Below, one piece after another: positions 18,779 to 28,684 of a DNA stretch of 43,542 nt. The stretch comes from Candidatus Hadarchaeota archaeon. Lineage in GTDB: Archaea > CAYQAE01 > CAYVLA01. The stretch covers positions 1 to 43,542 of the forward strand of contig CAYVLA010000015.1 in NCBI GenBank assembly GCA_964452145.1, written 5' to 3'. The notes below the pieces were generated by a model that saw only the letters and a list, made by a program, of their open reading frames with translations, searched no databases and was not told where the DNA came from. A program made the translations under genes and the position numbers. Position 1 is the stretch's first letter; each line of letters begins with the position of its first letter.

Positions 18779-19246
18779 CTACCTTGGTGATGGCCGAGGT
18801 TGCGGCAATCGAGTTATGCCTTCGACACGGTCGAAATCCGTGTCGAAGGATAAGATCTCTGTCACGCCGTCTGCCCTCATCACATCGACTGCCAAGGCAT
18901 CGTTGGCTTCGAGTCTCAACTCATTGTCAAGTTCCAGCGCGGCGAAGTAAGCCTGTTGTTCACAACCACATATCATCACGTTGTCCAGCATGAAGAGGCC
19001 CATTACGGCCTGATGGAGCTGATCCAGCGGCATGCCGTGCCTCAGAATCTTCACCATTTCGGAAACGTGTACCACGGTCGTGATGACTTCCTCCTTCCCC
19101 TCCGACATCTGCGTGACTATCTGTTTGAAGAGCTGCTTCATCTCATTCTTGATCTCAATCCCAGATGACAAGTCTCCACCAAAGTACCGGTGATCATGGT
19201 AAGATAAGATATGACTCTCTCTACCATACTGGAGCATGTCCCCCAC
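18779..19246 (-). pseudogene. PIN-domain (VapC-like) protein lacking the N-terminal DxN strand
   Basis: TTVVHVSE, EANDALAV and SFDTDFD motifs present; the N-terminal hhDxN catalytic motif was not found; no antitoxin ORF upstream. Confidence 0.65.
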
Positions 19247-19306
19247 ATCGTCCGCGATTCAGCCAATCCTCCTGAACCTGGCCCACCGTCCACCCGGGAA
19301 GTCGCA

Positions 19307-19798
19307 CTAGAGCACGATTTCCATCATTACAACATCCAGCCAGCGGCCGAACTTGTAGCCTACTTCCTTCAGGTATCCGACCTGCTCAAAGCCCATTTCC
19401 CTGTGCAGCGCAATGCTTGCCTCATTTCCGGCATCCAGACGGGCAACGATGGCATGATGGCCTGCTTTCCTCGCCTCACCGATGAGCCTACGAAGAATCA
19501 TCCTGCCTATGCCGCGACCCCTGAACTCCTTCCGAACATACACCGAGTCCTCGACCGCATTCTCGTAGCACTTCCGATCGCTGAATCTGGAAAGCGACCC
19601 CCAACCAACGACCTCCCCCCGGCAAACTGCAACCACTATCGGATGCTTCCCGCCGTGTTCATTCATCCATGACCTCTGCTCGTCCAAGGTCTTCGGATGT
19701 GCATCGAAAGTCGCCGTGGTGTTCCGGACCGCCTCATTGTAGATCTCGGTTATCTCCTGAAGGTGTTCATCGTGCGCGGGCACGATCCTGACGCCCAT
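19307..19798 (-). CDS. GNAT N-acetyltransferase (phosphinothricin/methionine sulfoximine acetyltransferase-like)
   Basis: IYNEAVRNTTATF, EDSVYV, RGRGIG, NEASIALH, VGYKFGRWLD. Confidence 0.92.
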   Translation of the reverse strand: MGVRIVPAHDEHLQEITEIYNEAVRNTTATFDAHPKTLDEQRSWMNEHGGKHPIVVAVCRGEVVGWGSLSRFSDRKCYENAVEDSVYVRKEFRGRGIGRMILRRLIGEARKAGHHAIVARLDAGNEASIALHREMGFEQVGYLKEVGYKFGRWLDVVMMEIVL

Positions 19799-19844
19799 CT
19801 TGCCCGCGGAACTCCCACCCTTTGCCGGCACCATGGCGTCTCCC

Positions 19845-21569
19845 TCAATCCTCGTAGGCAGCCCTGGCTCCGTTGATCGCACGGATCAGGGCAGGATCAA
19901 ACTTGGGTCGTCGGTCGTATGTGTACAGGCCGTTGACCTCCTGTTCTATATCGTAAAGCTGGGTGTAGCAGAACCCAACCATCCTAGGATTGCTCAGCAG
20001 TGCCTTCGTCAGGCCTTCGTATCTTCGCAGGAACTCCTCTTCCGACCGCGGCCTTTCCCCATAGCCCCAGGCCTTCTCATCCACCTGACCCGGATTCCAC
20101 CAGATCCCACCATACTCGCTCACCATCACGGGCTGCCCTGAATACGGCACTTCGTGCTCTGGATGATTGCGGAAGGGCTCTCCCCCTTCGCTGATCCTTG
20201 AGTGTCTGGCTTTGAATGCCTCGACGTCCTGATCGTAGTCATGGCAGTCGTAGATGTCCGTGACGACGTGTGTGTATCCGCTGGTGTCGATCACAGGTCG
20301 GCCGGGATCTATCGACTTGGTGGTTTCGTAGACCGTCTGAATGAACCGCTTGTTCTGGTTGGTCGGGGTTTCGTTGAACGGGCACCACCCAATGATGCAT
20401 GGGTGGTTGACGTCCCTCTTCACGACCTCAACCCACTCGGAGACGAAGTTCTGGCACGCCATTGCCTGGGACGTGTCGATTCCCCAACTCGGAAATTCGC
20501 CCCAGACCAGGTATCCAAGCCTATCGGCCCAGTAAAGGAACCTGGGCTCGAAGACCTTCTGGTGGAGCCTTGCGCCGTTGAAACCCATCTCCTTGGCGAT
20601 CTCTATGTCGCGGCGGAGATCGGCATCGGTGGGGGCGGTGTAGATGCCCTCTCTGTAGTACCCCTGGTCGAGCACAAGCCTCTGGAAGATCCGATGCCCA
20701 TCGATCAGGATGTGATCTTTCACGATCTCGACCGATCTGATTCCGAAGTAGCTGGTCACGGTGTCTATCACATCCCTTCCTTCCCGCAGCTCTAACTCAA
20801 GGTCGTACAGTTTGGGCTCGGACGGGCCCCATCTATGCAGCGCATCCTCGACCTCGATGGGCACCTTGGTGTAGACGGAGGCCGGGCTCCTCCCTTCCGC
20901 AATCAAGCTACCATCGCTCAGAACGCGGGCGTGGAGCAATCCCGCTGGCTTGCCGCTCAGGGAGCCCATGGCCCAGATCCGGCTCCCCGACTTCGGTGAA
21001 CTCACCCACGCCATCTCGACATGGGTCGGCTCAACGGCCTCCAGCCATACCGTCTGCCAGATGCCGGTCGTCCTTGTGTACATGCAGCCGTAGGAACCCG
21101 CTCTTGGCGACTGCTTGCCGCTGGGCTGAAGCCCGCATCTGTTGTCGTCCCTAACCCGAAGCACCACACAGTTTCTGCCCGTCACCACACTGCTTGTGAT
21201 GTCAAATGTGAAGGGCACATAGCCGCCCAGATGTTCCCCGACCGGATGTCCGTTCACCCACGCCCTGGCTTCGTAGTCAACGGCACCGAAGTGAAGCAGT
21301 ATGCGTTTGTCCACCATCTCATTCGAAAGACGAAACGTCCTGGAGTACCACACGATCGGCATGAAGTCCGTCAAGCCCAGTCCGCTCAGAGTGCTTTCGG
21401 GGGGAAACGGGACCGATATCCGATAGTCCAGATCGGGTTCCTCCCACCATCGCTCCCGCTCGCCCAAATCCTTCGGATCGATCGCAAAGCCCCATCTTCC
21501 GTTGAGGTTCATCCAGGGCTCCCTGAGAAGGAGGGGGCGGGGATATTCGGGTCTTGGGGTGTCAGTCAT
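19845..21569 (-). CDS. Glycoside hydrolase family 2 (beta-galactosidase/glucuronidase-like)
   Basis: PRPEYPRP, LNGRW, LHFGAVDY, GIWQTVWLE, LDQGYY, RLHQK, FNE, SEYGG, YTQLYDIEQEVNGL. Confidence 0.92.
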   Translation of the reverse strand: MTDTPRPEYPRPLLLREPWMNLNGRWGFAIDPKDLGERERWWEEPDLDYRISVPFPPESTLSGLGLTDFMPIVWYSRTFRLSNEMVDKRILLHFGAVDYEARAWVNGHPVGEHLGGYVPFTFDITSSVVTGRNCVVLRVRDDNRCGLQPSGKQSPRAGSYGCMYTRTTGIWQTVWLEAVEPTHVEMAWVSSPKSGSRIWAMGSLSGKPAGLLHARVLSDGSLIAEGRSPASVYTKVPIEVEDALHRWGPSEPKLYDLELELREGRDVIDTVTSYFGIRSVEIVKDHILIDGHRIFQRLVLDQGYYREGIYTAPTDADLRRDIEIAKEMGFNGARLHQKVFEPRFLYWADRLGYLVWGEFPSWGIDTSQAMACQNFVSEWVEVVKRDVNHPCIIGWCPFNETPTNQNKRFIQTVYETTKSIDPGRPVIDTSGYTHVVTDIYDCHDYDQDVEAFKARHSRISEGGEPFRNHPEHEVPYSGQPVMVSEYGGIWWNPGQVDEKAWGYGERPRSEEEFLRRYEGLTKALLSNPRMVGFCYTQLYDIEQEVNGLYTYDRRPKFDPALIRAINGARAAYED

Positions 21570-21619
21570 GGAGTGCACCCGTGCGGTCTCTGAAGGAATC
21601 GGAGACGCCCCAACCACGG

Positions 21620-22249
21620 TCAGGCCTTGCTCCCCATCCATGCCTCGATCATGCGGAGGCCTGCAACAGCAGATGCTCCGTAGGCATCCACGCCCGCCTC
21701 CGCGGCCCTCTCCTCGTTGGCGGCATTTCCACCGAGAATAACCTTGACTTTGTCCCTCAATCCGGCCCTCTCCAGGGCGGTCACGACCTCCCTGACGCTC
21801 GGCAGGGCCTGGGTCAGGCCGACCGAAAGAGCCAATACTTGGGGCTTGACCTCTCTGACCTTCTCAACAAACTTCTCGGCGGGGACATTGGCGCCGACAT
21901 CGACGACCTCGTAGCCCGCAGACGTCAGGATCGATATCAGGATGCTCTTGCCCATGCTGTGTACGCTTCCTTGAACCGTGCCGACCACTATCCGGCCCTT
22001 CGAACCGCTGACTCCCTTCTCAAGATAGGGCTTAGCCATCTCGAATATGTCCTCCGCGAGGGCGACCCCCATTATCAGATCGGACAGGAAGTACTCCTTT
22101 CGCTCGTAGAGATCCCCGATCTCCTCCATCCCGCTCCTGACCGATTCAACGACCTTCTCAAACCCCTTGGGCTCCTTCAGAGCCTCCCTTGCCAGACGCT
22201 TCGCAGTCTTGTCATCGAACTCGGCTATCGCCTTCGCCAGTCTATCCAT
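21620..22249 (-). CDS. Cobalamin-binding (corrinoid) protein, MtaC/MtbC-like
   Basis: Cap domain GMEEIGDLYERKEYFLSDL; B12 domain GTVQGSVHSMGK, GYEVVDVG, LRDKVKVILGG, GVDAYG; GAGGAGG SD. Confidence 0.9.
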   Translation of the reverse strand: MDRLAKAIAEFDDKTAKRLAREALKEPKGFEKVVESVRSGMEEIGDLYERKEYFLSDLIMGVALAEDIFEMAKPYLEKGVSGSKGRIVVGTVQGSVHSMGKSILISILTSAGYEVVDVGANVPAEKFVEKVREVKPQVLALSVGLTQALPSVREVVTALERAGLRDKVKVILGGNAANEERAAEAGVDAYGASAVAGLRMIEAWMGSKA

Positions 22250-22401
22250 CCTCGTGCCTCCTCTCAATCGCGGGTTCCAAAGAAGCCAACCTTTCCACCG
22301 CCATCGCCACCGGTCTGCCAAAAAAATGTTCCGGGAGCGTCCCCCGCTGGCCCCGGTGGATAAGACCACCTGAAATGCTGCGGGACCCGTCAGAGGTCCG
22401 T

Positions 22402-23151
22402 CTATCCAAAGATGACGTCAAGAACCATCATCAAGGCAAAGCCCATCATGAAGCCCGTGGTGGCCTCGAGTTCGTGGCCCTTTCGGTGGCTCTCTGGGAT
22501 CATCTCGTGGCTCACAACGAAGGCCATGGCGCCCCCGGCAAACGCGAGCCCCACTGGCAGAAAAGGACGGGCCAGACCCACAACGGAAACGCCCACGAGT
22601 CCACCGATTGGCTCCACCATTCCGGTCAGCGTTGAGTACCAGATGGCCTTCCTGCGAGAAAACCCCTCCTTCACCAGCGGGAAAGCAACTGCGGATCCCT
22701 CCGGCATATTCTGCAGGGCTATGCCGATGGCTATCACCGTCGCCATCCCAATGTTGCCACCCCCGAAGCTGATGCCCACCGCTAGGCCCTCCGGGAAGTT
22801 GTGGATGGCTATCGCCAGCACCAAGAGGCTCGTCCCCGACAGGTCTGACGAAGGTCCCCCGTGGCCCTTGATCAGATGCTCGTGCGGCACGTACCTGTCC
22901 AGAAGGTAGACGAACATGCCGCCCGCAAGGAAGCCACCGACTGCCACGGAGGCTCCCCCCATCTCCACCGCCGGGATCAGAAGGCCGAACGCCGTCGCTG
23001 CCAGCATCACCCCCCCGGCGAAGCCCAGCATCGCGTCCAATACCCGATGCGAGACCTCTTTGAAGAAAAGCACGGGCAGGGCACCAAGGCCGGTCGCCAG
23101 ACCGGCTATCAGGCTGGCTATGGCTCCCATCGCCAGGTTTCCAAGGGCCAC
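22402..23151 (-). CDS. ZIP family metal transporter (GufA/ZupT-like)
   Basis: GFAGGVML, VPHEH, IHNFPEGLAVG, QNMPEG, EMIPESH. Confidence 0.93.
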   Translation of the reverse strand: MALGNLAMGAIASLIAGLATGLGALPVLFFKEVSHRVLDAMLGFAGGVMLAATAFGLLIPAVEMGGASVAVGGFLAGGMFVYLLDRYVPHEHLIKGHGGPSSDLSGTSLLVLAIAIHNFPEGLAVGISFGGGNIGMATVIAIGIALQNMPEGSAVAFPLVKEGFSRRKAIWYSTLTGMVEPIGGLVGVSVVGLARPFLPVGLAFAGGAMAFVVSHEMIPESHRKGHELEATTGFMMGFALMMVLDVIFG

Positions 23152-23208
23152 GCCAGCTTGAGATCGGTTGCTGCAGAAATCTCTTACCGATCCAGGTGCG
23201 GTAAGAGC

Positions 23209-24126
23209 TTACCTGTACCTGCCGAACTTCCGCCCGACCTCGACCATTGCCAGGGCGTTCTCGACCGGAACGGCAGCATGGATCACGTTGCTGCTGGACA
23301 GTACGTAACCTCCACCCGGGGCTGCGCTGGCTATGGCCGCCCTGGTCTCCTTCACAACCTGCTCCACCGTTCCCCTGGTCAGGGTCCACGCGCAGTCGAC
23401 GTTACCGAAGATGCAGATCCTGTCTCCATACTTCTCCTTGACCTGAAGGATGTCCATGTTGGAGGAGGGGTCAATCGAATGGAGGGCATCAATGCCAGAT
23501 CCTACGAGCCCGTCAAGGATCGGCCGCAGGTCGCCATCGCTGTGAACGAGGAGCTTGCCTCCCATGCGGTGTATGGCCGCAGCAAGTCTGGCAAGGTTTG
23601 GGAATATCAGTTCATTGTAGAATCGCGGTGCAAGGTAAGGTCCCTCCTTACCAGCCATGTCATCAAGGCCACCTCGGATGATGAGCAGCCCAGCGTCGAT
23701 CTCGGCCTTGGCACCTTCAATGGCCCTCTTAGTCATCTCCCTGCATTCTCTTCTGAGCTTGCCGCGGTCGTAGTAGAAGCGCCTTATGGTCTCTATGTCA
23801 GCCATGCTTCCAGGCATGGGGGAGACGTGTCCACACCCGCCCAGGTAGGCCAGATCGGGGGCGACCCTGCGTGCCAGCGCCAGAAGGTCGCGGGGAACCG
23901 CGATAAGGTCGTAGCCCAGCCTCCTCCAGAGCTTGACCTTGTACTCGAAGTTGCGTTCCCGCACCTCCTTCTCCCTGCCCTTCTCTTTGAGCCGGTTGGC
24001 CTCTTCCTGGCTTATGGGAGGTTTGCCGATGATCTTCTCAGGAATCTGAACCTCGAATTCGAACATGGGGACCCGGTCCGCCTCGCCCTTCTCAAGCGCC
24101 GTCCAGACGCGATCACGTGGAGTCAA
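23209..24126 (-). CDS. Uroporphyrinogen decarboxylase / MtaA-CmuA superfamily protein (copy 2)
   Basis: TPRDRV..AL..GEADRVP, LDDMAG, HSDGD, GNVDC, GGGYVLSSSN. Confidence 0.88.
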   Translation of the reverse strand: MTPRDRVWTALEKGEADRVPMFEFEVQIPEKIIGKPPISQEEANRLKEKGREKEVRERNFEYKVKLWRRLGYDLIAVPRDLLALARRVAPDLAYLGGCGHVSPMPGSMADIETIRRFYYDRGKLRRECREMTKRAIEGAKAEIDAGLLIIRGGLDDMAGKEGPYLAPRFYNELIFPNLARLAAAIHRMGGKLLVHSDGDLRPILDGLVGSGIDALHSIDPSSNMDILQVKEKYGDRICIFGNVDCAWTLTRGTVEQVVKETRAAIASAAPGGGYVLSSSNVIHAAVPVENALAMVEVGRKFGRYR

Positions 24127-24229
24127 ATCGCCACCGGAACCTTTGCCGCGTAGGCCAGGTAAAATGTATTACCACGCGCCGGCACGGCCGGAAACAGTAA
24201 TCAGAGTTTGTCACGGTTCTGGCCACACA

Positions 24230-25117
24230 TTGGGGATACTCGAGACCGTAACGCCCACTTTCCTGGTAATTGGCTTGGCCTACGGGCTTCAGCGGTACAA
24301 GAAGATGGATACCAAGCCGCTCATAGAGATCGCCCTTTACCTTGCTTCTCCCTGCCTGATCTTCTCATCCCTATCCTCGAAGGTCCATTACCCCTGGGAG
24401 CTGTTGCCGGTGGCCCTATCTGCGGCCCTGATCGTAATGGGGAGCCTAGCAGTCTCCAGGGCGGTGTTTTGGGCCCTTCGTCTCAGCGACGTAGATGCAA
24501 GGACGCTCCCGGTCATCCTAATCAATGCCGGGAACCTCGGCCTTCCGATCTGCCTCTTTGCATTCGGGGAGGCCGTGCTAGGGATCGTGGTGATGTTCTT
24601 CGTGACAACTGCCATCTTCAACTACACACTGGGCATATACCTCGCTGCAAGAAACTCCGGTCCGAGCAACAGGCCATGGCTCGAGACCTTCAAGCTCCCT
24701 CTTGTTTACGCCACAGGGTTGGGGATCGCTGCCAGCATCTTGGAAGTCCGGATCCCGCTGGTTGTGTCCAGAGCGGTGGACATCCTCGGCCAGGCCGCCA
24801 TTCCGCTGTTCCTGATCTCCTTGGGAATGAGCCTCGCCGAGATCAGGCCTCGGCAACACCTTCGAGCAGCGTTGCTATCCGGATCCATGCGGATCGGAAT
24901 CGGGTTGGCATTCGGACTGGCCTCGGTTGTCATCTTCAACCTCGAGGGCGCAGTGAGAGGGGTCGTGATCGTGGAGTCGTCAATGCCACCGGCGGTTGCC
25001 AGTTTCATGATATCCAAGAAGTTTGGGTGCAACCCGGAGATAGTGGCCGCCACGGTTTTCACCGGCACCCTGGTGAGCATCTTCACAATACCCCTGGTGT
25101 TGCGGTTTGTTGCCTAG
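24230..25117 (+). CDS. AEC (auxin efflux carrier) family transporter
   Basis: PCLIFSSL, NAGNLGLPI, LGQAAIPLFLISLG, SMPPA; about 10 TM segments; start taken at TTG 24230. Confidence 0.9.
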   Translation: MGILETVTPTFLVIGLAYGLQRYKKMDTKPLIEIALYLASPCLIFSSLSSKVHYPWELLPVALSAALIVMGSLAVSRAVFWALRLSDVDARTLPVILINAGNLGLPICLFAFGEAVLGIVVMFFVTTAIFNYTLGIYLAARNSGPSNRPWLETFKLPLVYATGLGIAASILEVRIPLVVSRAVDILGQAAIPLFLISLGMSLAEIRPRQHLRAALLSGSMRIGIGLAFGLASVVIFNLEGAVRGVVIVESSMPPAVASFMISKKFGCNPEIVAATVFTGTLVSIFTIPLVLRFVA

Positions 25118-26663
25118 GAGATCCAGCCCTACGGAAGAGCCATCTCGCAGAACGGAAAGCCGATCCGGAGACCTTGCGGCGAAGGCCCTGTTTCTTCTGG
25201 GACTGCTTGTGGCCACGGAAGCGGTCGGAGCCCAGGATCCTTCGACCTTCCATGCAACCGACCGCATCGTCGGCACCTACTACTTCTACTGGTACGACTG
25301 GAACTCCACCTTGCATTTCTTCGTGCAGGGCAAGGATGCTCTGACCAATCATCCCCCGAATATCCAGACCTACAGTTACGCGAGCGTGGACTGGCACCGA
25401 AAGGAGCTTCTGGACATGATGGAGGCTGGATTGGACTTCCTGCTTCCTGTGTACTGGGGAGATACGCCCGCCAAGTCATGGTCCATCCCGGGTCTGGACA
25501 GGCTCGCTGAGGCCCAGCGGAGTCTCATCCAGGAGGGAGTATCGCCGCCCAAGATCGGAATGTTCTTTGATACCACATCCCTCATGGTTGAACACCAGCA
25601 CAGAAGAAGGCCGGGTGCAAAACCGGATCTGACAGCGGAGGAGGGCAAGGAGCTGTTCTACGGCATGATCCACGATTTCTTCTCTCACGTCCCGGGGGAT
25701 CTCTGGGCTCGCATGGACGGCTCGGCCATGGTGTGGCTCTACTCATCGGGTTGGGTGCTGGCCTATGATCAAAGCCTGGTGGACTATGCCCGGGCAAGGT
25801 TCAGAGAGGACTTCAACTCCACGCTGTTCATAGTCAGGGAACGCTCGTGGAACCTTGACACCGAGATGAGGTACGGATGGGGGGCGGCGCTGGGGCCGAT
25901 TCTCCTCGATGTGGCAGCGGTTGGGCCTGGCTTCAGCAACGAAGGGGCCGTGAGATGCTACGGGCAGAATCCTTTGCATCGAGATCGCCTCGATGGCTAT
26001 GCCTACAGGGACGACTGGGAGGCCGCTCTCAGGAGCGGATCGAACATAGTTGTCGTGGAGACCTGGAACGAACTGCACGAGGGTACCGAGATCTGCGAAA
26101 CGATCGAACTGGGCCGCCTCTACATAGACATCACGGCCAACTACTCCACGATCTTCAGGCATGGTCTGTGGGATCCCGGCCTTAAGGAGATGGACTCGAT
26201 CTTCTCTCTTGAGCCCGGCTCGCTCCAGGGGGGGCCTGGCGAACGAATCAGCGTGAACCTCACCATAGCCAACAAGGGCTTCAGAAGCTGGCCGGAACAT
26301 CTCGACCTTGGCCTCTACTGGCTCAACTTCGAAGTTCGCAACCGCACCTACAACGAGGTGGTTGCTCTGAGCTTTCCCCGCAGGATGACGACCGGTGACA
26401 GGTACGAAGAGAGAATCCATCTCAGCCTTCCGCGACACCCTGGCAACTACAAGCTGCTGGCCTCGATCTCCTACCTCGGTAAGAAGCTCGAATTGAGCGT
26501 TGTAGTACCCGACTCGGCCCGGACGTTTGCCATTCTCCTCATAGCAGCCTGTTGGGCAATGATCCGCCGGCGCCCGAGTACCGAGCATGCTGGCTGGGGC
26601 GGTCCCTGCAGCACCACGGATGCACGATCAGCGAACATCCGCAAAAAGGGTGGACAGTTATAA
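25107..26663 (+). CDS. Secreted DUF5010 / GH99-like glycoside hydrolase with a C-terminal membrane anchor
   Basis: Signal peptide, VGTYYFYWY, AGLDFLLPVYWG, KIGMFFDT, VGPGF, VETWNELHEGTEI; tail VPDS + hydrophobic helix + RRR; start uncertain. Confidence 0.8.
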   Translation: MLPRRSSPTEEPSRRTESRSGDLAAKALFLLGLLVATEAVGAQDPSTFHATDRIVGTYYFYWYDWNSTLHFFVQGKDALTNHPPNIQTYSYASVDWHRKELLDMMEAGLDFLLPVYWGDTPAKSWSIPGLDRLAEAQRSLIQEGVSPPKIGMFFDTTSLMVEHQHRRRPGAKPDLTAEEGKELFYGMIHDFFSHVPGDLWARMDGSAMVWLYSSGWVLAYDQSLVDYARARFREDFNSTLFIVRERSWNLDTEMRYGWGAALGPILLDVAAVGPGFSNEGAVRCYGQNPLHRDRLDGYAYRDDWEAALRSGSNIVVVETWNELHEGTEICETIELGRLYIDITANYSTIFRHGLWDPGLKEMDSIFSLEPGSLQGGPGERISVNLTIANKGFRSWPEHLDLGLYWLNFEVRNRTYNEVVALSFPRRMTTGDRYEERIHLSLPRHPGNYKLLASISYLGKKLELSVVVPDSARTFAILLIAACWAMIRRRPSTEHAGWGGPCSTTDARSANIRKKGGQL

Positions 26664-26704
26664 GGATCGAATCCCAGGCTGCGCCTCCAACGGGAGGCAT
26701 AGGA

Positions 26705-27346
26705 TTGGACATCCAGCTCAAGGACGGCGATGCCATACTGTTCATGGGCGACAGCATAACTGACTGCGGTCGACGGGCCCAGGAGGCCCCTCTAGGAAAC
26801 GGCTACGTGAAGATATTCTCCGAACTAGTCACGGCTGCCTACCCTGACAAGAATATCAAGTACATCAACAAGGGATGCGGAGGCAACAAGATCACCGATC
26901 TGAGAGACCGGTGGCAGGATGACATCATGAACCAGCAGTTCCAGTGGCTATCGATGATGATCGGCATAAACGACGCGGCAAGCCGAGTCTTTGCGAGACC
27001 CGACGCAGTCGGCCCGGAGATCTACGCCGAAATCTACGAACAACTCGTTGAGCGCACCACGGCCGAGCACCCCTGCCAGATCGTTCTGCTTGATCCATTC
27101 TTCATCAGCAAGGACTTCACAGGCAACTCGATGCGCGGTCAGTTCCTTTCACTGCTCCCCGAATACATCAAGACCGTGCATCGGATGAGCAGGAAATACC
27201 ACACACGGCTGGTCAGGACCCAAGAGGTCTTCCAGAAGCACCTGAAGTATCGGGAAGCCGACTTCTTCGCCCCGGAGCCCGTGCACCCCTATCACATAGG
27301 TCATGTGATCATCGCTAACGAGCTTCTCAAGGCCCTGACCAGATGA
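26705..27346 (+). CDS. SGNH/GDSL hydrolase (carbohydrate esterase-like)
   Basis: FMGDSITD, NKGCGGN, IGIND, EPVHP; GGAGG SD before TTG 26705. Confidence 0.9.
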   Translation: MDIQLKDGDAILFMGDSITDCGRRAQEAPLGNGYVKIFSELVTAAYPDKNIKYINKGCGGNKITDLRDRWQDDIMNQQFQWLSMMIGINDAASRVFARPDAVGPEIYAEIYEQLVERTTAEHPCQIVLLDPFFISKDFTGNSMRGQFLSLLPEYIKTVHRMSRKYHTRLVRTQEVFQKHLKYREADFFAPEPVHPYHIGHVIIANELLKALTR

Positions 27347-27349
27347 TCC

Positions 27350-28144
27350 TTAGGTTCCCAGCAGCTCAGAATAGAGGTCCGGCCTTCGGTCCATAAGGTG
27401 GGAGTTATCCAGTTCGCATAGATCGATTTCGTGCGTGACTAGCACGTCCTGTTCAGATCGAAAATCGATCTCGACTTCTCCCTTAGGGTTTACGACCAGC
27501 GACTCCTTGGGATGGGCAAATGCTAGATAGAACCCGTTTTCATATGCCCTGGTCCGCATCATTGCTAGGTTCAGATCCCCGTGCATGCCGTAGCTTGGGA
27601 TCGCAACCATCTCTGCCCCGGCTAGCCTCTGGCACCTCACCGCCTCCGGCCATCGGCGATCGGCACAGATGAGTATGCCAAAGGACCCGAAATCTGCCTT
27701 GACGATGGTCCAGCCCATGCCGGCCTCGTACTGGAGGTCGTGATTCTGGAGATGGGTCTTACGGTATGCAGCGATGGGACGTCCGGTCCTGTCGAAGACT
27801 CGGGCCGAGTTGGCCGCTTTCGCTGGAGAGACAAGCTCAGTGAAGCCCAGGACGAGATAGGCCCCAACCCGGTCCGCTTGCGCACCTGCGTCCCGCAATA
27901 TCGCATGGCTCGGGCTCAAGGCACATTCTTTGACCCATCGATCACGCTCTGCCCAGCGCTCTCTGGGATCATTCGGGGCCTGGCTGGCAACGTATCCATC
28001 GATGATGCACTCAGGGGCGATGATCAGATCCAGCGTCCCGCGCGGCACGGACGCAAGGATCGCCCTCAAGCGAGCCCAGTTTCCTTCCACATTCCATCGA
28101 TCGGGTTGAAACTGAACCAGGCCTAGTCGAACCGGTCTTGGCAT
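27350..28144 (-). CDS. Carbon-nitrogen hydrolase (nitrilase superfamily)
   Basis: Glu-Lys-Cys triad motifs APEC, YRKTHL, LICADR; TRAYEN. Confidence 0.92.
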   Translation of the reverse strand: MPRPVRLGLVQFQPDRWNVEGNWARLRAILASVPRGTLDLIIAPECIIDGYVASQAPNDPRERWAERDRWVKECALSPSHAILRDAGAQADRVGAYLVLGFTELVSPAKAANSARVFDRTGRPIAAYRKTHLQNHDLQYEAGMGWTIVKADFGSFGILICADRRWPEAVRCQRLAGAEMVAIPSYGMHGDLNLAMMRTRAYENGFYLAFAHPKESLVVNPKGEVEIDFRSEQDVLVTHEIDLCELDNSHLMDRRPDLYSELLGT

Positions 28145-28170
28145 GTGGCCAGCTCACAGACTCTCTTAGG

Positions 28171-28515
28171 TTACCGACTGAACCAGCCATCTTTCAGGAA
28201 CTCGGTCCAAGTGAGCTTCTGCATCTTGGAATCGCTCACAAGCTCGAAGAATTCCTGGCTGAGGCCGCGAAGCCATTTTGCCCCCGAGAATCTTCCGAAG
28301 AATCTCTCCCGGGATTCCTGATCTGGGAACTCGAACATCTCGACATACCTGATCAGGGGGCCTTCCGTTCCGGCTTCAAAGGTCCTGTAGGACAGCAGCT
28401 CGGGGATATCAGCTGAATGCTCGTGCAGGCTCTTCTGGATCTTCTTCATCAAAGCCCTGTACTTACCTCTGTTCTCCTTCTCTGATACGTATACCTCAAC
28501 GAAAAAGATGCTCAC
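28171..28515 (-). CDS. Small hypothetical protein, dimeric alpha/beta-barrel-like (NIPSNAP/DUF1428-like)
   Basis: AGGTGA SD before GTG 28515; pattern FFVEVYV...YVEMFEFPD..SRERF. Confidence 0.6.
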   Translation of the reverse strand: MSIFFVEVYVSEKENRGKYRALMKKIQKSLHEHSADIPELLSYRTFEAGTEGPLIRYVEMFEFPDQESRERFFGRFSGAKWLRGLSQEFFELVSDSKMQKLTWTEFLKDGWFSR

Positions 28516-28684
28516 GACGATCACCTGCCTCTGCTTTTGTCCGCCGCTTCTTAAGGATTGCGTGCGATGCATGTCGGGAGAGCATTGGCTATCGATGATC
28601 TCCAGCACTGGGCGGATCGCTGAAAGGCACGATGTCGGCGCAGGACATAAACCTTTTAGGCATGGCGCCACGTGTCAAGAAGCC

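Noticed and set aside
25167..25195. Frameshift at the start of the DUF5010 gene (GGAG-ACC-TTG CGG CGA AGG out of frame)
   Set aside because: An in-frame TTG overlapping the upstream stop explains initiation, and there is no slippery sequence
22418..25344. Long overlapping alternative ORFs (22418-23389, 22861-24153, 24208-25344; also 11894-12790, 18024-18746, 38515-39552)
   Set aside because: Shadow frames of high-GC genes with recognisable products; no motifs of their own
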